Assembly (NCBI RefSeq): GCF_002113885.1
Contig: NW_018405229.1
Span: forward strand, 96,086-160,085
Direction: 5' to 3'
From: Mizuhopecten yessoensis
Lineage: Eukaryota
Length of the DNA: 64,000 nucleotides
A program made the translations under genes and the position numbers. Below the pieces are notes generated by a model. The model saw only the letters and a program-made list of their open reading frames with translations. It ran no database searches and was not told the origin of the DNA. Numbering within the stretch: the first letter of the stretch is position 1; each line of letters starts with the position of its first letter. This document shows positions 1-14,880 of the stretch, one piece after another.

Positions 1-152
1 CAGACATTACACACTTGTTATAATTACAAACATATAGCAGCAATCATAACGGCCGGCAGACATTACACACTTGTTATAATTACAAACATATAGCAGCAGT
101 CATAACAACCGGCAGACATTACACACTTGGTATAATTACAACATATAGCAGC
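1..152. repeat. 56-bp tandem repeat, ~2.7 units, truncated by the window edge
   Basis: cagacattacacacttg... recurs at 1, 57 and 113. Confidence 0.9.
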
Positions 153-1464
153 ATCGAGGTTATTTAATAGAGTACTGAGAGCTGAAAATATTATATTAGT
201 GCATTATTGTATTATGCAACATTTGTTTATCGCCCATCTACTCGCTAAACAAATTGTGGTAAGACGATGAACAACTGACACAATCAGGAGAGTGTAGAAT
301 CGGAATTACTGAACCGTATCCTACCACACTATTAGAACCCCCATACTTAAATGTATATGCTAACTTACTCTCTGTAAAAGCTGATGTTACCTTTACAGTT
401 TTGAGTGTTTCCAGGAGACACATGGCAGATACATAAACTAATGAAGACACGAGCAAGAATTGTATGACTATACACTTTCTGAGGACGGGTGTCTTTTAAG
501 TTTGTTAACTTTAAGTCAAATCATAAGTATCAGGGTTCTCGATCTGTTGGTTCATTAGTTTGATATATCATACATGCAACATTAGAAATGCAGACTGAGA
601 CAATCTTGGGTTTCGAGTCTCTGAATAATAATATAAAACGGTTAGAGCTCTAGTTAGTTACGACGGGTAAAGGCCAAAATTCATAGAGTTCCAATTATTT
701 ATAAGATTAAACAGGTAGTGTAAATAAAGGTTAAAGCAGACACAAAAAATGATAATTAGAATATATAAGCGACTGATATTAACATTACGCTACACATAGC
801 TGACTGTTAATATATATGTATTTCTTTACAGAACACAAGGCATGTTAACACGAGTCTAACAATAAAATATTGAAAACTTGATATCCAAGTCCATTTTAAA
901 TACATTATATACTTGTTCTGATCGAATGAAATTATTCTTGTTAAATGACAACTGTTTTACATGTACTACAATTACATACGGTCAACTGCCACATACGAGC
1001 AACTGTCATATACGAGAAAATATTTACATTCTGTATGCTTAGACCCATTGACAAAAATTACATTCATAAATGCATAACACAGGTGTTCATAGAATCTCAG
1101 CACGTGGGAACTGATAGTAACCTGATCACACTGCGTAGTAATACACTACAAAAACTACTCACTCGGAACGACCGACCTAGATGCTTAATTCTTACATCTT
1201 AAAATATTATTGAACTGTGCTTTGTGAAATATCCACGTATTCACGTGTCCTGTGCTACAAATAAACATTGAATATGGAACTACATTTTGTTGTGTTATTG
1301 TTGTTGACGGTTGCTAAGATCTCTCACGATAGTGTCACATTTCCCCGCGAAAAAACACTGTTCTCGCCACTGCGTTGCACCCGTGTATAAGCAGGAACAA
1401 ACCCTGTTTATTTGTTTTATTCGTTGTTATATCGATCCACTGAAAGGATTCGTCAATGTAAATA

Positions 1465-1624
1465 TAAGGAATGATATTTATTTTTTCAACATTTATGAGG
1501 TCATAACAACAATGGGTTTTTGGACATATTTTACATGAATCGCTAACGCGATTCATTCAATATGTTCATAAACCCATTGTTGTTATGACCTCATAAATGT
1601 TGAAAAAATAAAAATCATTCCTTA
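1465..1624. mobile_element. Fold-back MITE-like element with TA ends
   Basis: ~60-bp near-perfect inverted arms (taaggaatgat...caatgggttt / aaacccattg...atcattcctta) and an inner hairpin atgaatcgc-taac-gcgattcat. Confidence 0.75.
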
Positions 1625-1629
1625 ACTAA

Positions 1630-1728
1630 CAACTGTTGCATACGGGCCAACTGTAACATACGGGCAACTGTACCATACGGGCAACTGTAACATACGGGCA
1701 ACTGTACCATACGGGCAACTGTTACATA
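1630..1728. repeat. Short minisatellite (caactgtaacatacggg), ~6 units
   Basis: Direct inspection; degenerate relatives at ~950-1013. Confidence 0.85.
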
Positions 1729-2735
1729 TGCACACACATTGAACGGGAAATGGGGGGAACATTACTATACCCTACATGTGTCTGGAATCACATCGTCGTA
1801 ACTGAAACACGTTAGATATGTTTACCACGTTTATCTACCAAAGAACTAAATTCGATAAAACCGACGTTATCTTTACAATTTCAAACTACGTACAGAAACA
1901 CCACTAATACAGTTCTTTCCAGAGTTTTAAAAGCACAACTGTCATACTGTCATCATTCCTATTTGTATATAAGTTATAATCAAGATACGAGAGGAAACGG
2001 TATTTTTGAATTTGAATAAAAACAAACAAACAAAAACATATAATAAACGTGTTTTCATTGTCAGACTCACGTGTTTAATCTGCTTTGATCAGAAATAGCC
2101 CATATAACCTTAGGTCAACAAGCGACTGAGTTCGTGATCTTGTGGATTTAACACTTGAGTGATACAGCATCACCCTGCTAACACCCGTTATCACTTGTAT
2201 GTAAAGATAATGCCAGATTCGTATCGTGGCCGTTGCTGACCGCTGTCCACTAACACAAAGTGATTACCATATTGAATGTTGCGGTGATGTCCTTGACTGA
2301 CCCTACGGACGCATGCATTGTGTTTTCCGCGCTGTGTGTACGGCACAATAAATTCTGCCACAAAAACAATATTGGCTGTCGATTTGTCCGGGTATCTGTA
2401 ATTGGTTTCAGTGTAAACACCACGTTATTGCACTCCGGACATTTACGTCCCGAACACTGTTAAGTCGTTTAGGACAAAAATACCGGATTTGACATCTCAA
2501 TTCCTATAGGATGCATTCATAGTAAAGTTTGTCATCAGGAGGAATCAGGATATTGGTATGCATATCGGATTGAGTATAAATATTTTACAGATAAACAAAG
2601 CACTAAGAAATACGTCAAAATACATTAAAGGCGATGCACATTTCGATTTACTAGTGTTAAACATGTGTACCATGGAATGGCCTAGTATGGTTCTAACTTT
2701 ATATGGCTATATCATATTAACGAACACTTCATAAT

Positions 2736-5700
2736 GTCAACACATCTACAAAATATACCACAGCGTCAACACATAACAACAAAATTTACCACAGCGTCAG
2801 CACACAACTACAAAATATACCACAGCGTCAACACACAAATGCAAAATAAACCACAGCGTCAACACACATTTACAAAATAAACCACAGCGTCAACACATCT
2901 ACAAAATATACCACAGCGTCAACACTTCTACAAAATAAACCACAGCGTCAACACATCTACAAAATATATCACAGCGTCAACACACAACAACAAAATATAC
3001 CACAGCGTCAACACACAACAAAATTTACCACAGCGTCAGCACACAACTACAAAATATACCACAGCGTCAACACACACCTAAAAAATATACCACAGTGTCA
3101 ACACATCTACAAAATATACCACAGCGTCAACACTTCTACAAAATATACCACAGCGTCAACACATCTACAAAATATATCACAGCGTCAGCACACAGCAACA
3201 AAATATATCACAGCGTCAACACATCTACAAATTATACCACAGCGTCAACACACAACAACGAAATATACCACAGCGTCAACACACAACAACAAAATTTACC
3301 ACAGCGTCAGCACACAACTACAAAATATACCACATCGTCAACACATCTACAAATTATTCCACAGCGTCAGCACACAACAACAAAATATACCACAGCGTCA
3401 GCACACAACTACAATATACACACACCTACAAAATATACCACAGCGTCAGCACACAACTACAAAATATACCACAGCGTCAACACAAAATACAAAATAAACC
3501 ACAGCGTCAACACACATCTACAAAATATATCACAGCGTCAACACACACCTACAAAATATAACACAGCGTCAACACATCTACAAAATATATCACAGCGTCA
3601 ACACAAAACAATAACATTAACCACAGCGTCAGCACACAACTACAATATACACACACCTACAAAATATACCACAGCGTCAGCACATCTACAAAAAAATATA
3701 CCACAGCGTCAACACATCTTCAAAATATACCACAGCGTCAACACATCTACAAAATATATCACAGCGTCAACACGCAAGGACAAAATATACCACAGCGTCA
3801 ACAGACAACAACAAAATATATCACAGCGTCAACACACAACAACAAAATATACCACAGCGTCAACAAACAACAACAAAATATAACACAGCGTCAACACACA
3901 ACAACAAAATATTCCACAGCATCAACACATCTACAAAATATACCACAGCGTCAACACACAACAACAAAATATATCACAGCGTCAACAATTCTACAAAATA
4001 TATCACAGCGTCAGCACACAACAACAAAATATATCACAGCGTCAACACATCTACAAAATATATCACAGCGTCAGCACACAACAACAAAATATGCCACAGC
4101 GTCAACACGCAACTACAAAACGTACCACAGCGTCAACACACAACAACAAAATATACCACAGCGGCAACACACAACAACAAAATATATCACAGCGCCAACA
4201 CGCAAGGACAAAATATACCACAGCGGCAACACACAACAACAAAATTTACCACATCGTCAGCACACAACTACAAAATATACCACAGCGTCAACACAAAAAT
4301 ACAAAATAAACCACAGCGTCAACACATCTACAAAATATACCACAGCGTCAACACACAACGACTACTATATCACAGCGTCAACACACAAATACAAAATACA
4401 CCACAGCGTCAACACACAACTACAAAATGTATCACAGCCTCAACACACAACTACAAAGTTTAGCACAGCGTCAGCACACAACTACAAAATATACCACAGC
4501 GTCAACACAAAAATACAAAATAAACCACAGCGTCAACACATCTACAAAATATATCACAGCGTCGACACACACCTACAAAATATAACACAGCGTCAACACA
4601 TCTACAAAAAAATATACCACAGCGTCAACACATCTACAAAATATACCACAGCGGCAACACATCTACAAAATATATCACAGCGTCAACACACAACAACAAA
4701 ATATCCCACAGCGTCAACACATCTACAAAATATACCACAGCGTCAACACACAACAACAAAATATCCCACAGCGTCAACACGCAACTACAAAACGTACCAA
4801 AGCGTCAACACACAACAACAAAATATTCCACAGCGTCAACACATCTACAAAATATACCACAGAGTCAACACATCTACAAAATATATCACAGCGTCAACAC
4901 ACAACAACAAAATATACCACAGCGGCAACACACAACAACAAAATTTACCACAGCGTCAGCACACAACAACAAAATATACCACAGCGTCAACACGCAACTA
5001 CAAAACGTACCAAAGCGTCAACACACAACAACAAAATATACCACAGCGTCAACACACCTACAAAATATACCACAGCGTCAACTCGCAACTACAAAACGTA
5101 CCAAAGCGTCAACACACAACAACATAATATACCAAAATATACCACAGCGTCAACACAGCTACAAATTATATCACAGCGTCAGCACACACAGCGTCAACAC
5201 ATCTACAAAATATACCAAAGCGTAAACACTTCTACAAAATATACCAGAGCGTCAACACATCTACAAAATATACCACAGCGTCAACTCGCAACTACAAAAC
5301 GTACCAAAGCGTCAACACACAACAACATAATATACCAAAATATACCACAGCGTCAACACACAAATACAAAATACACCACAGCGTCAACACACAACTACAA
5401 AATATATCACAGCCTCAACACACAACTACAAAGTATACCACAGCGTCAACACACAACAACAAAATTTACCACAGCGTCAACACTTTTACAAAATATACCA
5501 CAGCGTCAACACATCTACAAATTATATCACAGCGTCAGCACACAACAACAAAATATATCACAGCGTCAACACAAAACAACAAAATATACCACAGCGTCAA
5601 CACACAACGACATACTATATCACAGCGTCAACACACAAATACAAAATACACCACAGCGTCAACACACAACTACAAAATATATCACAGCGTCAACACATAA

Positions 5701-7597
5701 CTACAAAGTATACCACAGCGTCAACACACAACAACAAAATATGCAACAGCGTCAACACATAACTACAAAACATAATACAGCGTCAACAAACATCATCACA
5801 ACATATCACAGTGTCAACACACAAGGACAAAATATACCACAGCGTCAACACACAAAAATCAAATGTACCATAGCGTCAACACACAAGGACAAAATATATC
5901 ACAGCATCAACACACAATTACAAAAAACACCACAGCTCCAACACACAACTATATTAATTTCCACAGTTTAACACACAACTACAAAATATACCCCAGCGTC
6001 AACATACAACAACAAAACCTACCACAGAATCAACACACAATACCAAAATATACCACAGCGTAACACACACATATAAACAAAATACCATAGCGTCAACACA
6101 GAATAACAAATTTAACCACAGCGTCAAGACAAAAGAACAAAATATGCCACAGCGTCAACACATTGGTACTAAATATACCACTGCGTCAACACAAAAGTAC
6201 AAAATTTACCACAGTGTCATCACAAAAGTACAAAATAAACCACAGTGTTAGCAAAAATGTACAAAATATACCACACAGTATTAACACAAAAAATATACCA
6301 CAGCGTCAACACAAAAACAAAATATACCACAGCGTCAAAACACAAGGACAAAATATAACACAGCGTCAAAACACAAGCACAAAATATACCTCAGCGTCAA
6401 CACAAAAACAAAATATACCATAGCTTCAAAACACAAGGACAAAACATACCACAGAATCAACACACAATACCAAAATATACCACAGCGTAACACACACATA
6501 TAAAAAAAAATACCATAGCGTCAACACAGAATAACAAATTTAACCACAGCGTCAAGACAAAAGAACAAAATATGCCACAGCGTCAACACATTGGTACTAA
6601 ATATACCACTGCGTCAACACAAAAGTACAAAATTTACCACAGTGTCATCACAAAAGTACAAAATAAACCACAGTGTTAGCAAAAATGTACAAAATATACC
6701 ACACAGTATTAACACAAAAAATATACCACAGCGTCAACACAAAAACAAAATATACCACAGCGTCAAAACACAAGGACAAAATATAACACAGCGTCAAAAC
6801 ACAAGCACAAAATATACCTCAGCGTCAACACAAAAAAATATACCACAGCTTCAAAACACAAGGACAAAATATAACACAGCGTCAAAATACAAGGACAAAA
6901 TATACCTCAGCGTCAGCACAAAACAAAATATACCACAGCCTCAAAACACAAGGACAAAATATAACACAGCGTCAAAACACAAGGACAAAATATACCACAG
7001 CGTCAACACAAAAACAAAATATACCACTGCGTCAACACAAAAACAAAATAAACCACTGCGTCAACACAAAAGTACAAAATTTACCACAGTGTCATCAAAA
7101 AAGTACAAGATAAACCACAGCGTTAGCAAAAATGTACAACATATACCACACAGCGTTAACACAAAAACAAAATATACCACAGCGTCGAAAAACAAGGACA
7201 AACTATAACACAGTGTCAAAACACAAGCCCAAAATATACCTCAGCGTCAACACAAAAACAAAATATACCACAGCGTCAACACACAAGGACAAAACATACA
7301 ACAGCGTCAAAACACAAGGACAAAATATATCTCAGCGTCAACACAAAAACAAAATATACCTCAGCGTCGAAACAGAGGGACAAAATATACCACAGCGTCA
7401 AAACACAGGCACAAAATATAACTCAGCGTCAGCACAAAAGTACAAAATATACCACAGCGTCCTAACACAAAAGTACAAAATATACCACAGCGTCAACACA
7501 AAAGTACAAAATATACCCCAGCGTCAACACACAAATACAAAATATACCACAGCGTCAACAAACGAGGATAAAATATACCACAGCGTCAACACTCAAA
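2736..7597. repeat. A/C-rich minisatellite, 29-31-bp unit (caaaatataccacagcgtcaacacatcta / ...cacacaacaa)
   Basis: Continuous ~4.9-kb array with a cacagcgtcaaca core. Contains a 428-bp higher-order duplication (identical ORF starts at 6163 and 6591). Confidence 0.97.
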
Positions 7598-7816
7598 TGA
7601 AAAATATGTATCATGAATTGCCAACCAAATCATTAACCTTAACATTGACAAAGATATAAAAACAGCAAGTCACTTTAAACTAACACTTAATCTTAAAGCT
7701 GACAAATATATGAAATTAAGCCACTCACCAAACCTAATTATGAATCTTATCACTGACAACTATATCACATAACTCCACCTACTATGAACCTAAAAACTAA
7801 CATATTCATGCATGTT

Positions 7817-10256
7817 TAACACACACGCTATGGAAGGCGAGTATGTACCGGTGGTCGCTTCTCCTGTACCTGAGATTGTATATATAACACACGCTATTGG
7901 AGGCGAGTATGTACCGGTGGTCGCTTCTCCTGTACCTGAGATTGTATATATAACACACGCTATCGGAGGCGAGTATGTACCGTTGGTCGCTTCTCCTGTA
8001 CCTGAGATTGTATATATAACACACGCTATCGGAGGCGAGTATGTACCGGTGGTCGCTTCTCCTGTACCTGAGATTGTATATATAACACACGCTATCGGAG
8101 GCGAGTATGTACCGGTGGTCGCTTCTCCTGTACCTGAGATTGTATATATAACACACGCTATCGGAGGCGAGTATGTACCGGTGGTCGCTTCTCCTGTACC
8201 TGAGATTGTATATATAACACACGCTATCGGAGGCGAGTATGTACCGGTGGTCGCTTCTCCTGTACCTGAGATTGTATATATAACACACGCTATCGGAGGC
8301 GAGTATGTACCGGTGGTCGCTTCTCCTGTACCTGAGATTGTATATATAACACACGCTATCGGAGGCGAGTATGTACCGGTGGTCGCTTCTCCTGTACCTG
8401 AGATTGTATATATAACACACGCTATGGGAGGCGAGTATGTACCGGTGGTCGCTTCTCCTGTACCTGAGATTGTATATATAACACACACGCTATGGGAGGC
8501 GAGTATGTACCGGTGGTCGCTTCTCCTGTACCTGAGATTGTATATATAACACACACGCTATGGGAGGCGAGTATGTACCGGTGGTCGCTTCTCCTGTACC
8601 TGAGATTGTATATATAACACACACGCTATGGGAGGCGAGTATGTACCGGTGGTCGCTTCTCCTGTACCTGAGATTGTATATATAACACACACGCTATGGG
8701 AGGCGAGTATGTACCGGTGGTCGCTTCTCCTGTACCTGAGATTGTATATATAACACACACGCTATGGGAGGCGAGTATGTACCGGTGGTCGCTTCTCCTG
8801 TACCTGAGATTGTATATATAACACACACGCTATGGGAGGCGAGTATGTACCGGTGGTCGCTTCTCCTGTACCTGAGATTGTATATATAACACACACGCTA
8901 TGGGAGGCGAGTATGTACCGGTGGTCGCTTCTCCTGTACCTGAGATTGTATATATAACACACACGCTATGGGAGGCGAGTATGTACCGGTGGTCGCTTCT
9001 CCTGTACCTGAGATTGTATATATAACACACACGCTATGGGAGGCGAGTATGTACCGGTGGTCGCTTCTCCTGTACCTGAGATTGTATATATAACACACAC
9101 GCTATGGGAGGCGAGTATGTACCGGTGGTCGCTTCTCCTGTACCTGAGATTGTATATATAACACACACGCTATGGGAGGCGAGTATGTACCGGTGGTCGC
9201 TTCTCCTGTACCTGAGATTGTATATATAACACACACGCTATGGGAGGCGAGTATGTACCGGTGGTCGCTTCTCCTGTACCTGAGATTGTATATATAACAC
9301 ACACGCTATGGGAGGCGAGTATGTACCGGTGGTCGCTTCTCCTGTACCTGAGATTGTATATATAACACACACGCTATGGGAGGCGAGTATGTACCGGTGG
9401 TCGCTTCTCCTGTACCTGAGATTGTATATATAACACACACGCTATGGGAGGCGAGTATGTACCGGTGGTCGCTTCTCCTGTACCTGAGATTGTATATATA
9501 ACACACACGCTATGGGAGGCGAGTATGTACCGGTGGTCGCTTCTCCTGTACCTGAGATTGTATATATAACACACACGCTATGGGAGGCGAGTATGTACCG
9601 GTGGTCGCTTCTCCTGTACCTGAGATTGTATATATAACACACACGCTATGGGAGGCGAGTATGTACCGGTGGTCGCTTCTCCTGTACCTGAGATTGTATA
9701 TATAACACACACGCTATGGGAGGCGAGTATGTACCGGTGGTCGCTTCTCCTGTACCTGAGATTGTATATATAACACACACGCTATGGGAGGCGAGTATGT
9801 ACCGGTGGTCGCTTCTCCTGTACCTGAGATTGTATATATAACACACACGCTATGGGAGGCGAGTATGTACCGGTGGTCGCTTCTCCTGTACCTGAGATTG
9901 TATATATAACACACACGCTATGGGAGGCGAGTATGTACCGGTGGTCGCTTCTCCTGTACCTGAGATTGTATATATAACACACACGCTATGGGAGGCGAGT
10001 ATGTACCGGTGGTCGCTTCTCCTGTACCTGAGATTGTATATATAACACACACGCTATGGGAGGCGAGTATGTACCGGTGGTCGCTTCTCCTGTACCTGAG
10101 ATTGTATATATAACACACACGCTATGGGAGGCGAGTATGTACCGGTGGTCGCTTCTCCTGTACCTGAGATTGTATATAACACACACGCTATGGGAGGCGA
10201 GTATGTACCGGTGGTCACTTCTCCTGTACCTGAGATTGTATATAACGTGTGTGTTA
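7817..10256. repeat. Highly homogeneous 66/68-bp tandem array, ~36 units
   Basis: Unit acacacgctatgggaggcgagtatgtaccggtggtcgcttctcctgtacctgagattgtatatataac; the ORF track repeats every 68 bp. Confidence 0.98.
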
Positions 10257-10462
10257 GTGATTGTACGATGTACGATGTACGTGTTATTTTACTACAAGTG
10301 CGCCGTTGCGTCAAATATCGGTATTCAAATGTGTTCATCCCCATTCCACTTATGATGATTAGAAAAAAAAGCTTCGATGAAAGTGCCGTGTTACATGTAG
10401 AATTATATCGTGTGCCGATTCTCTTCATGTGCAATGATTTAGACTTTCTGTGACTTAGTTAT

Positions 10463-10715
10463 GTACCAACACTAGCATATAGAAGATCCCGTGGGGACAT
10501 GATAGAGGTCTACAAAATATTATCTTGGAAAAAGTTCATCTACACGTGGAAACAATTTAAACATTTAAAAATCGCGTTAAAGATTAGGTGTTTTCGTTAA
10601 CACAGAGAACTGTTGATTTTTGGCACAATTCTGTCTAATGTTTTGAATTTAAACACAATTAAACGATTTGAATATAAACTATATAAACACTAGCAAAACC
10701 AAGCGCAGAACTAGT
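10463..10715 (+). mobile_element. Decayed 3' fragment of a CR1/L2-clade LINE ORF2
   Basis: Translates VPTLAYRRSRGDMIEVYKIL, followed by frameshifted TRGN and QRTVDFW remnants, typical of the CR1 ORF2 C-terminus. Confidence 0.75.
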
Positions 10716-10968
10716 TTTGAACAAGAAATCGGAATCTAAACGCTGCAATTTTTAGATATGTTTTATTTTTATTTTATTATTTGTTTTCATTTCAGAACTG
10801 ACAGTCAAAGTATTGTAAAATCTTAATTTTGTCAGAATAAAATATAAGCATCTATGTAATAATTGTCAGTCAGAATGAATATCCTTATAAAAAATCGCCC
10901 ACAGCAGAAAACATTATAATATCAATGATTAAAAACTTTTCTCGCTAGAAATAGTACTTATGCTATAC

Positions 10969-11913
10969 TCGTGAGAACAGCCACATACCCCGCGAGAACA
11001 GTCATGTACTCTGCGGGAACAGTCATGTTACCCCGCGAGAACAACCACGTACCCCGCGAGAACAGTCATGTACCACGCGAGAACAGCCACGTACCCCGCG
11101 AGAACAGCCACGTACCCCGCGAGAACAGCCATGTACCACGCAAGAACAGCCACGTACCCCGCGAGAACAGTCAGGTACCCCGCGAGAACAGTCGTGTACC
11201 CTGCGAGAACACCCATGTACCCACGAGAACAGCCACGTACCCCGCGAGAACAGCCATGTCCCACGCAAGAATAGCCACGTACCCCGCGAGAACAGTCATG
11301 TACCACCCGAGAACAGCCACGTCCCCCGCGAGAACAGCCACGTACCCCGCGAGAACAGCCATGTCCCACGCAAGAATAGCCACGTACCCCGCGAGAACAG
11401 TCATGTACCGCGCGAGAACAGCCACGTACCCCGCGAGAACAGTCAGGTACCCCGCGAGAACAGTCGTGTACCCTGCGAGAACAGCCATGTCCCCACGAGA
11501 ACAGCCACGTACCCCGCGAGAACAGCCATGTCCCACGCAAGAATAGCCACGTACCCCGCGAGAACAGTCATGTTCCCCGCGAGAACAGTCATGTACACTG
11601 CGAGAACAGTCATGTTACCCCGCGAGAACAGCCACGTACCCTGCGAGAATAGCAACTTACCCCGCGAGAACAGCCACGTACCCCGCGAGAACAGCCACGT
11701 ACCCCGCGAGAACAGCCATGTACCACGCAAGAACAGCCACGTACCCCGCGAGAACAGTCAGGTACCCCGCGAGAACAGTCGTGTACCCTGCGAGAACACC
11801 CATGTACCCACGAGAACAGCCACGTACCCCGCGAGAACAGTCATGTACCCCGCGAGAACAGCCACGTATCCTGCGAGAACATCCACGTACCCCGCGAGAA
11901 CAGTCATGTTCCC
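10969..11913. repeat. GC/CpG-rich 21-bp minisatellite (ccccgcgagaacagccacgta), ~45 units
   Basis: Direct inspection; 7-aa periodic pseudo-ORFs. Confidence 0.97.
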
Positions 11914-12228
11914 GATATAACATGTGCAGTCAACATAGACTGATCTCAATGGTAGCTATCTGCAACCAAGGCAACCCTACCTGTACACTTCCCAAGATTT
12001 TGAAAGAGAAAACACTAGCTTATAATTCATGAATATAACAAACTTTCCCAATAGTGATAGTTAGTGATACAGACATCGATACGGCTCGTTTGTAATGGAT
12101 TCCGGAACTAAATATGTATCTTTGTAAACAGATCTACTTGCAACATGAACAACCGGGACGGTTAGATGATGTAGGATGAACGTGGCGATTTCAATTTTCT
12201 CTAAAATAAATTTTACTTTCTGAATGAA

Positions 12229-14138
12229 ACACCAATGATCATAAACAACCTCCATACCACACAACGAAACATAGCTAGACCAATGATCTTAAACAACCTT
12301 CATACATAACACACAACGAAACATCGCTACACCAATAATCATAAACAACCTTCATACCAAACAACGAAACATCGTTACATCAATAAACATAAACAACCTC
12401 CATACCACACAACGAAACATAGCTACACCAATAATCATAAACAACCTTCATACCACACAACGAAACATCGCTACACCACTAATCATAACAACTTTCATAC
12501 CTCACAACGAAACATAGCTACACCAATTATTATAAACAACCTTCATACCAAACAACGAAACATCGTTACACCAATAATCATAAACAACCTCCATACCACA
12601 CAACGAAACACGTCACACCAATAATCATAAACAACCTCCATACCACACAACGAACCATAGCTACACCAATAATCATAAACAACCTTCATACCATAAAACG
12701 AAACACGTCACACCAATAATCATAAACAACCTCCATCCCACACAACGAACCATAGCTACACCAATAATCATAAACAACCTTCATAACACAAAACGAAATA
12801 CGTCACACCAATAATCATAAACAACCTCCATACCACACAACGAAACACGTCACACCAATAATCATAAACAAGCTCCATACCACACAACGAAACATAGCTA
12901 CACCAATAATCATAAACAACCTTCATACCATAAAACGAAACACGTCACACCAATAATCATAAACAACCTCCATACCACACAACGAAACACGTCACACCAA
13001 TAATCATAAACAAGCTCCATACCACACAACGAAACATAGCTACACCAATAACCATAAACAACCTTCATACCACACAACGAAACATCGCTACAACAATAAT
13101 CATAAACAACCTTCATACCACACAAAGAAACATCGCTACACCAATAAACATAAACAACCTTCATACCACACAACGAAACATCGCTACAACAATAATCATA
13201 AACAACCTTCATACCACACAAAGAAACATCGCTACACCAATAAACATAAACAACCTTCATACCACAAAACGAAACCCGTCACACCAATAATCATAAACAA
13301 CCTCCATCCCACACAACGAACCATAGCTACACCAATAATCATAAACAACCTTCATACCACAAAACGAAACATCGCTACACCAATACTCATAAACAACCTC
13401 CATAACACACAACGAAACATCGTTACACCAATAATATTAAACAACCTTCATACCACACAACGAAATATCGCTACACCAATAAACATAAACAACCTTCATA
13501 CCACACAACGAAACATCGCTACACCAATAAACATAAACAACCTTCATACCACACAACGACACATCGCTACACCAATAATCATAAACAAGCTCGACCCCAC
13601 ACAACGAAACATAGCTACACCAATAAACATAAACAACCTTCATACGACAAAACGAAATATCGCTAAACCAATACTCATAAACAACCTCCATAACACACAA
13701 CGAAACATCGTTACACCAATAAACATAAACAACCTTCATACCACACAACGAAACATCGCTACACCAATAATCATAAACAACCTTCATACCACACAACGAC
13801 ACAACGCTACACCAATAGTCATAAACAACCTTCATACCACACAACAAAACATAGCTACACCAATAATCATAACAACCTTCATACCACGCAAGGAAACATC
13901 GCTACACCAATAATCATAAACAACCTTCATACCACACAACGAAACGTAGCTACACAAATAATCATAACAACCTTCATACCACACAACGACACAACGCTAC
14001 ACCAATAATCATAAACAACCTTCATACCACACAACGAAACGTAGCTACACCAATAATCATAACAACCTTCATACCACACAACGACACAACGCTACACCAA
14101 TAATCATAACGACCTTCATACCAAACAACGAAACATAG
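12229..14138 (+). repeat. 47-48-bp satellite, forward arm (cataaacaaccttcataccacacaacgaaacatcgctacaccaataat)
   Basis: ~40 diverged units. Confidence 0.96.
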
Positions 14139-14880
14139 CTATGTCTCGTTGTATGGTACATGTATGAAGGTTGTTATAATCAGTGGTGTAGCTATGTCTC
14201 GTTGTGTGGTGGGAAGGTTGTTATAATCAGTGGTGTAGCTATGTCTCGTTGTGTGGTGGGAAGTTGTTATAATCAGTGGTGTAGCTATGTCTCGTTGTGT
14301 GGTGGGAAGGTTGTTATAATCAGTGGTGTAGCTATGTCTCGTTGTAGGGTACATATATGAAGGTTGTTATAATCAGTGGTGTAGCTATGTCTCGTTGTGT
14401 GGTGGGAAGGTTGTTATAATCAGTGGTGTAGCTATGTCTCGTTGTAGGGTACATGTATGAAGGTTGTTATAATCAGTGGTGTAGCTATGTCTCGTAGTGT
14501 GGTGGGAAGGTTGTTATAATCAGTGATGTAGCTATGTCTCGTTGTATGGTACATGTATGAAGGTTGTTATAATCAGTGGTGTAGCTATGTCTCGTTGTGT
14601 GGTATGGAGATTGTTATAATCAGTGGTGTAGCTATGTCTCGTTGTGTAGTGGGAAGGTTGTTATAATCAGTGGTGTAGTTATGTCTCGTTGTGGGGTATG
14701 GAGGTTGTTATAATCAGTGGGGTAGCTATGTCTCGTTGTGTGGTATGGAGATTGTTATAATCAGTGGTGTAGCTATGTCTCGTTGTGTGGTGGGAAGGTT
14801 GTTATAATTAGTGGTGTAGCTATGTCTCGTTGTGTGGTATGGAAGTTGCCTTAATCAGTGGTGTAGCTGTGTCTCGTTGT
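14139..14880 (-). repeat. Same satellite family, inverted arm (gtagctatgtctcgttgtgtggtgggaaggttgttataatcagtggt)
   Basis: The reverse complement matches the 12229-14138 unit; ~15 units. Confidence 0.95.

Noticed and set aside
238-860. Possible exons of a neighbouring gene
   Set aside because: Isolated splice-like motifs, but no recognisable protein similarity or consistent frame.
3095-7659. Thr/Lys/Gln-rich mucin-like ORFs
   Set aside because: Mixed 29/31-bp units shift frame constantly; no codon-level constraint.
7790-10453. Dozens of 66-254-aa ORFs and a superficial CRISPR-like regularity
   Set aside because: Pure head-to-tail repeats with no unique spacers and no cas genes, in a spliceosomal-intron context; the ORFs simply follow the repeat period.
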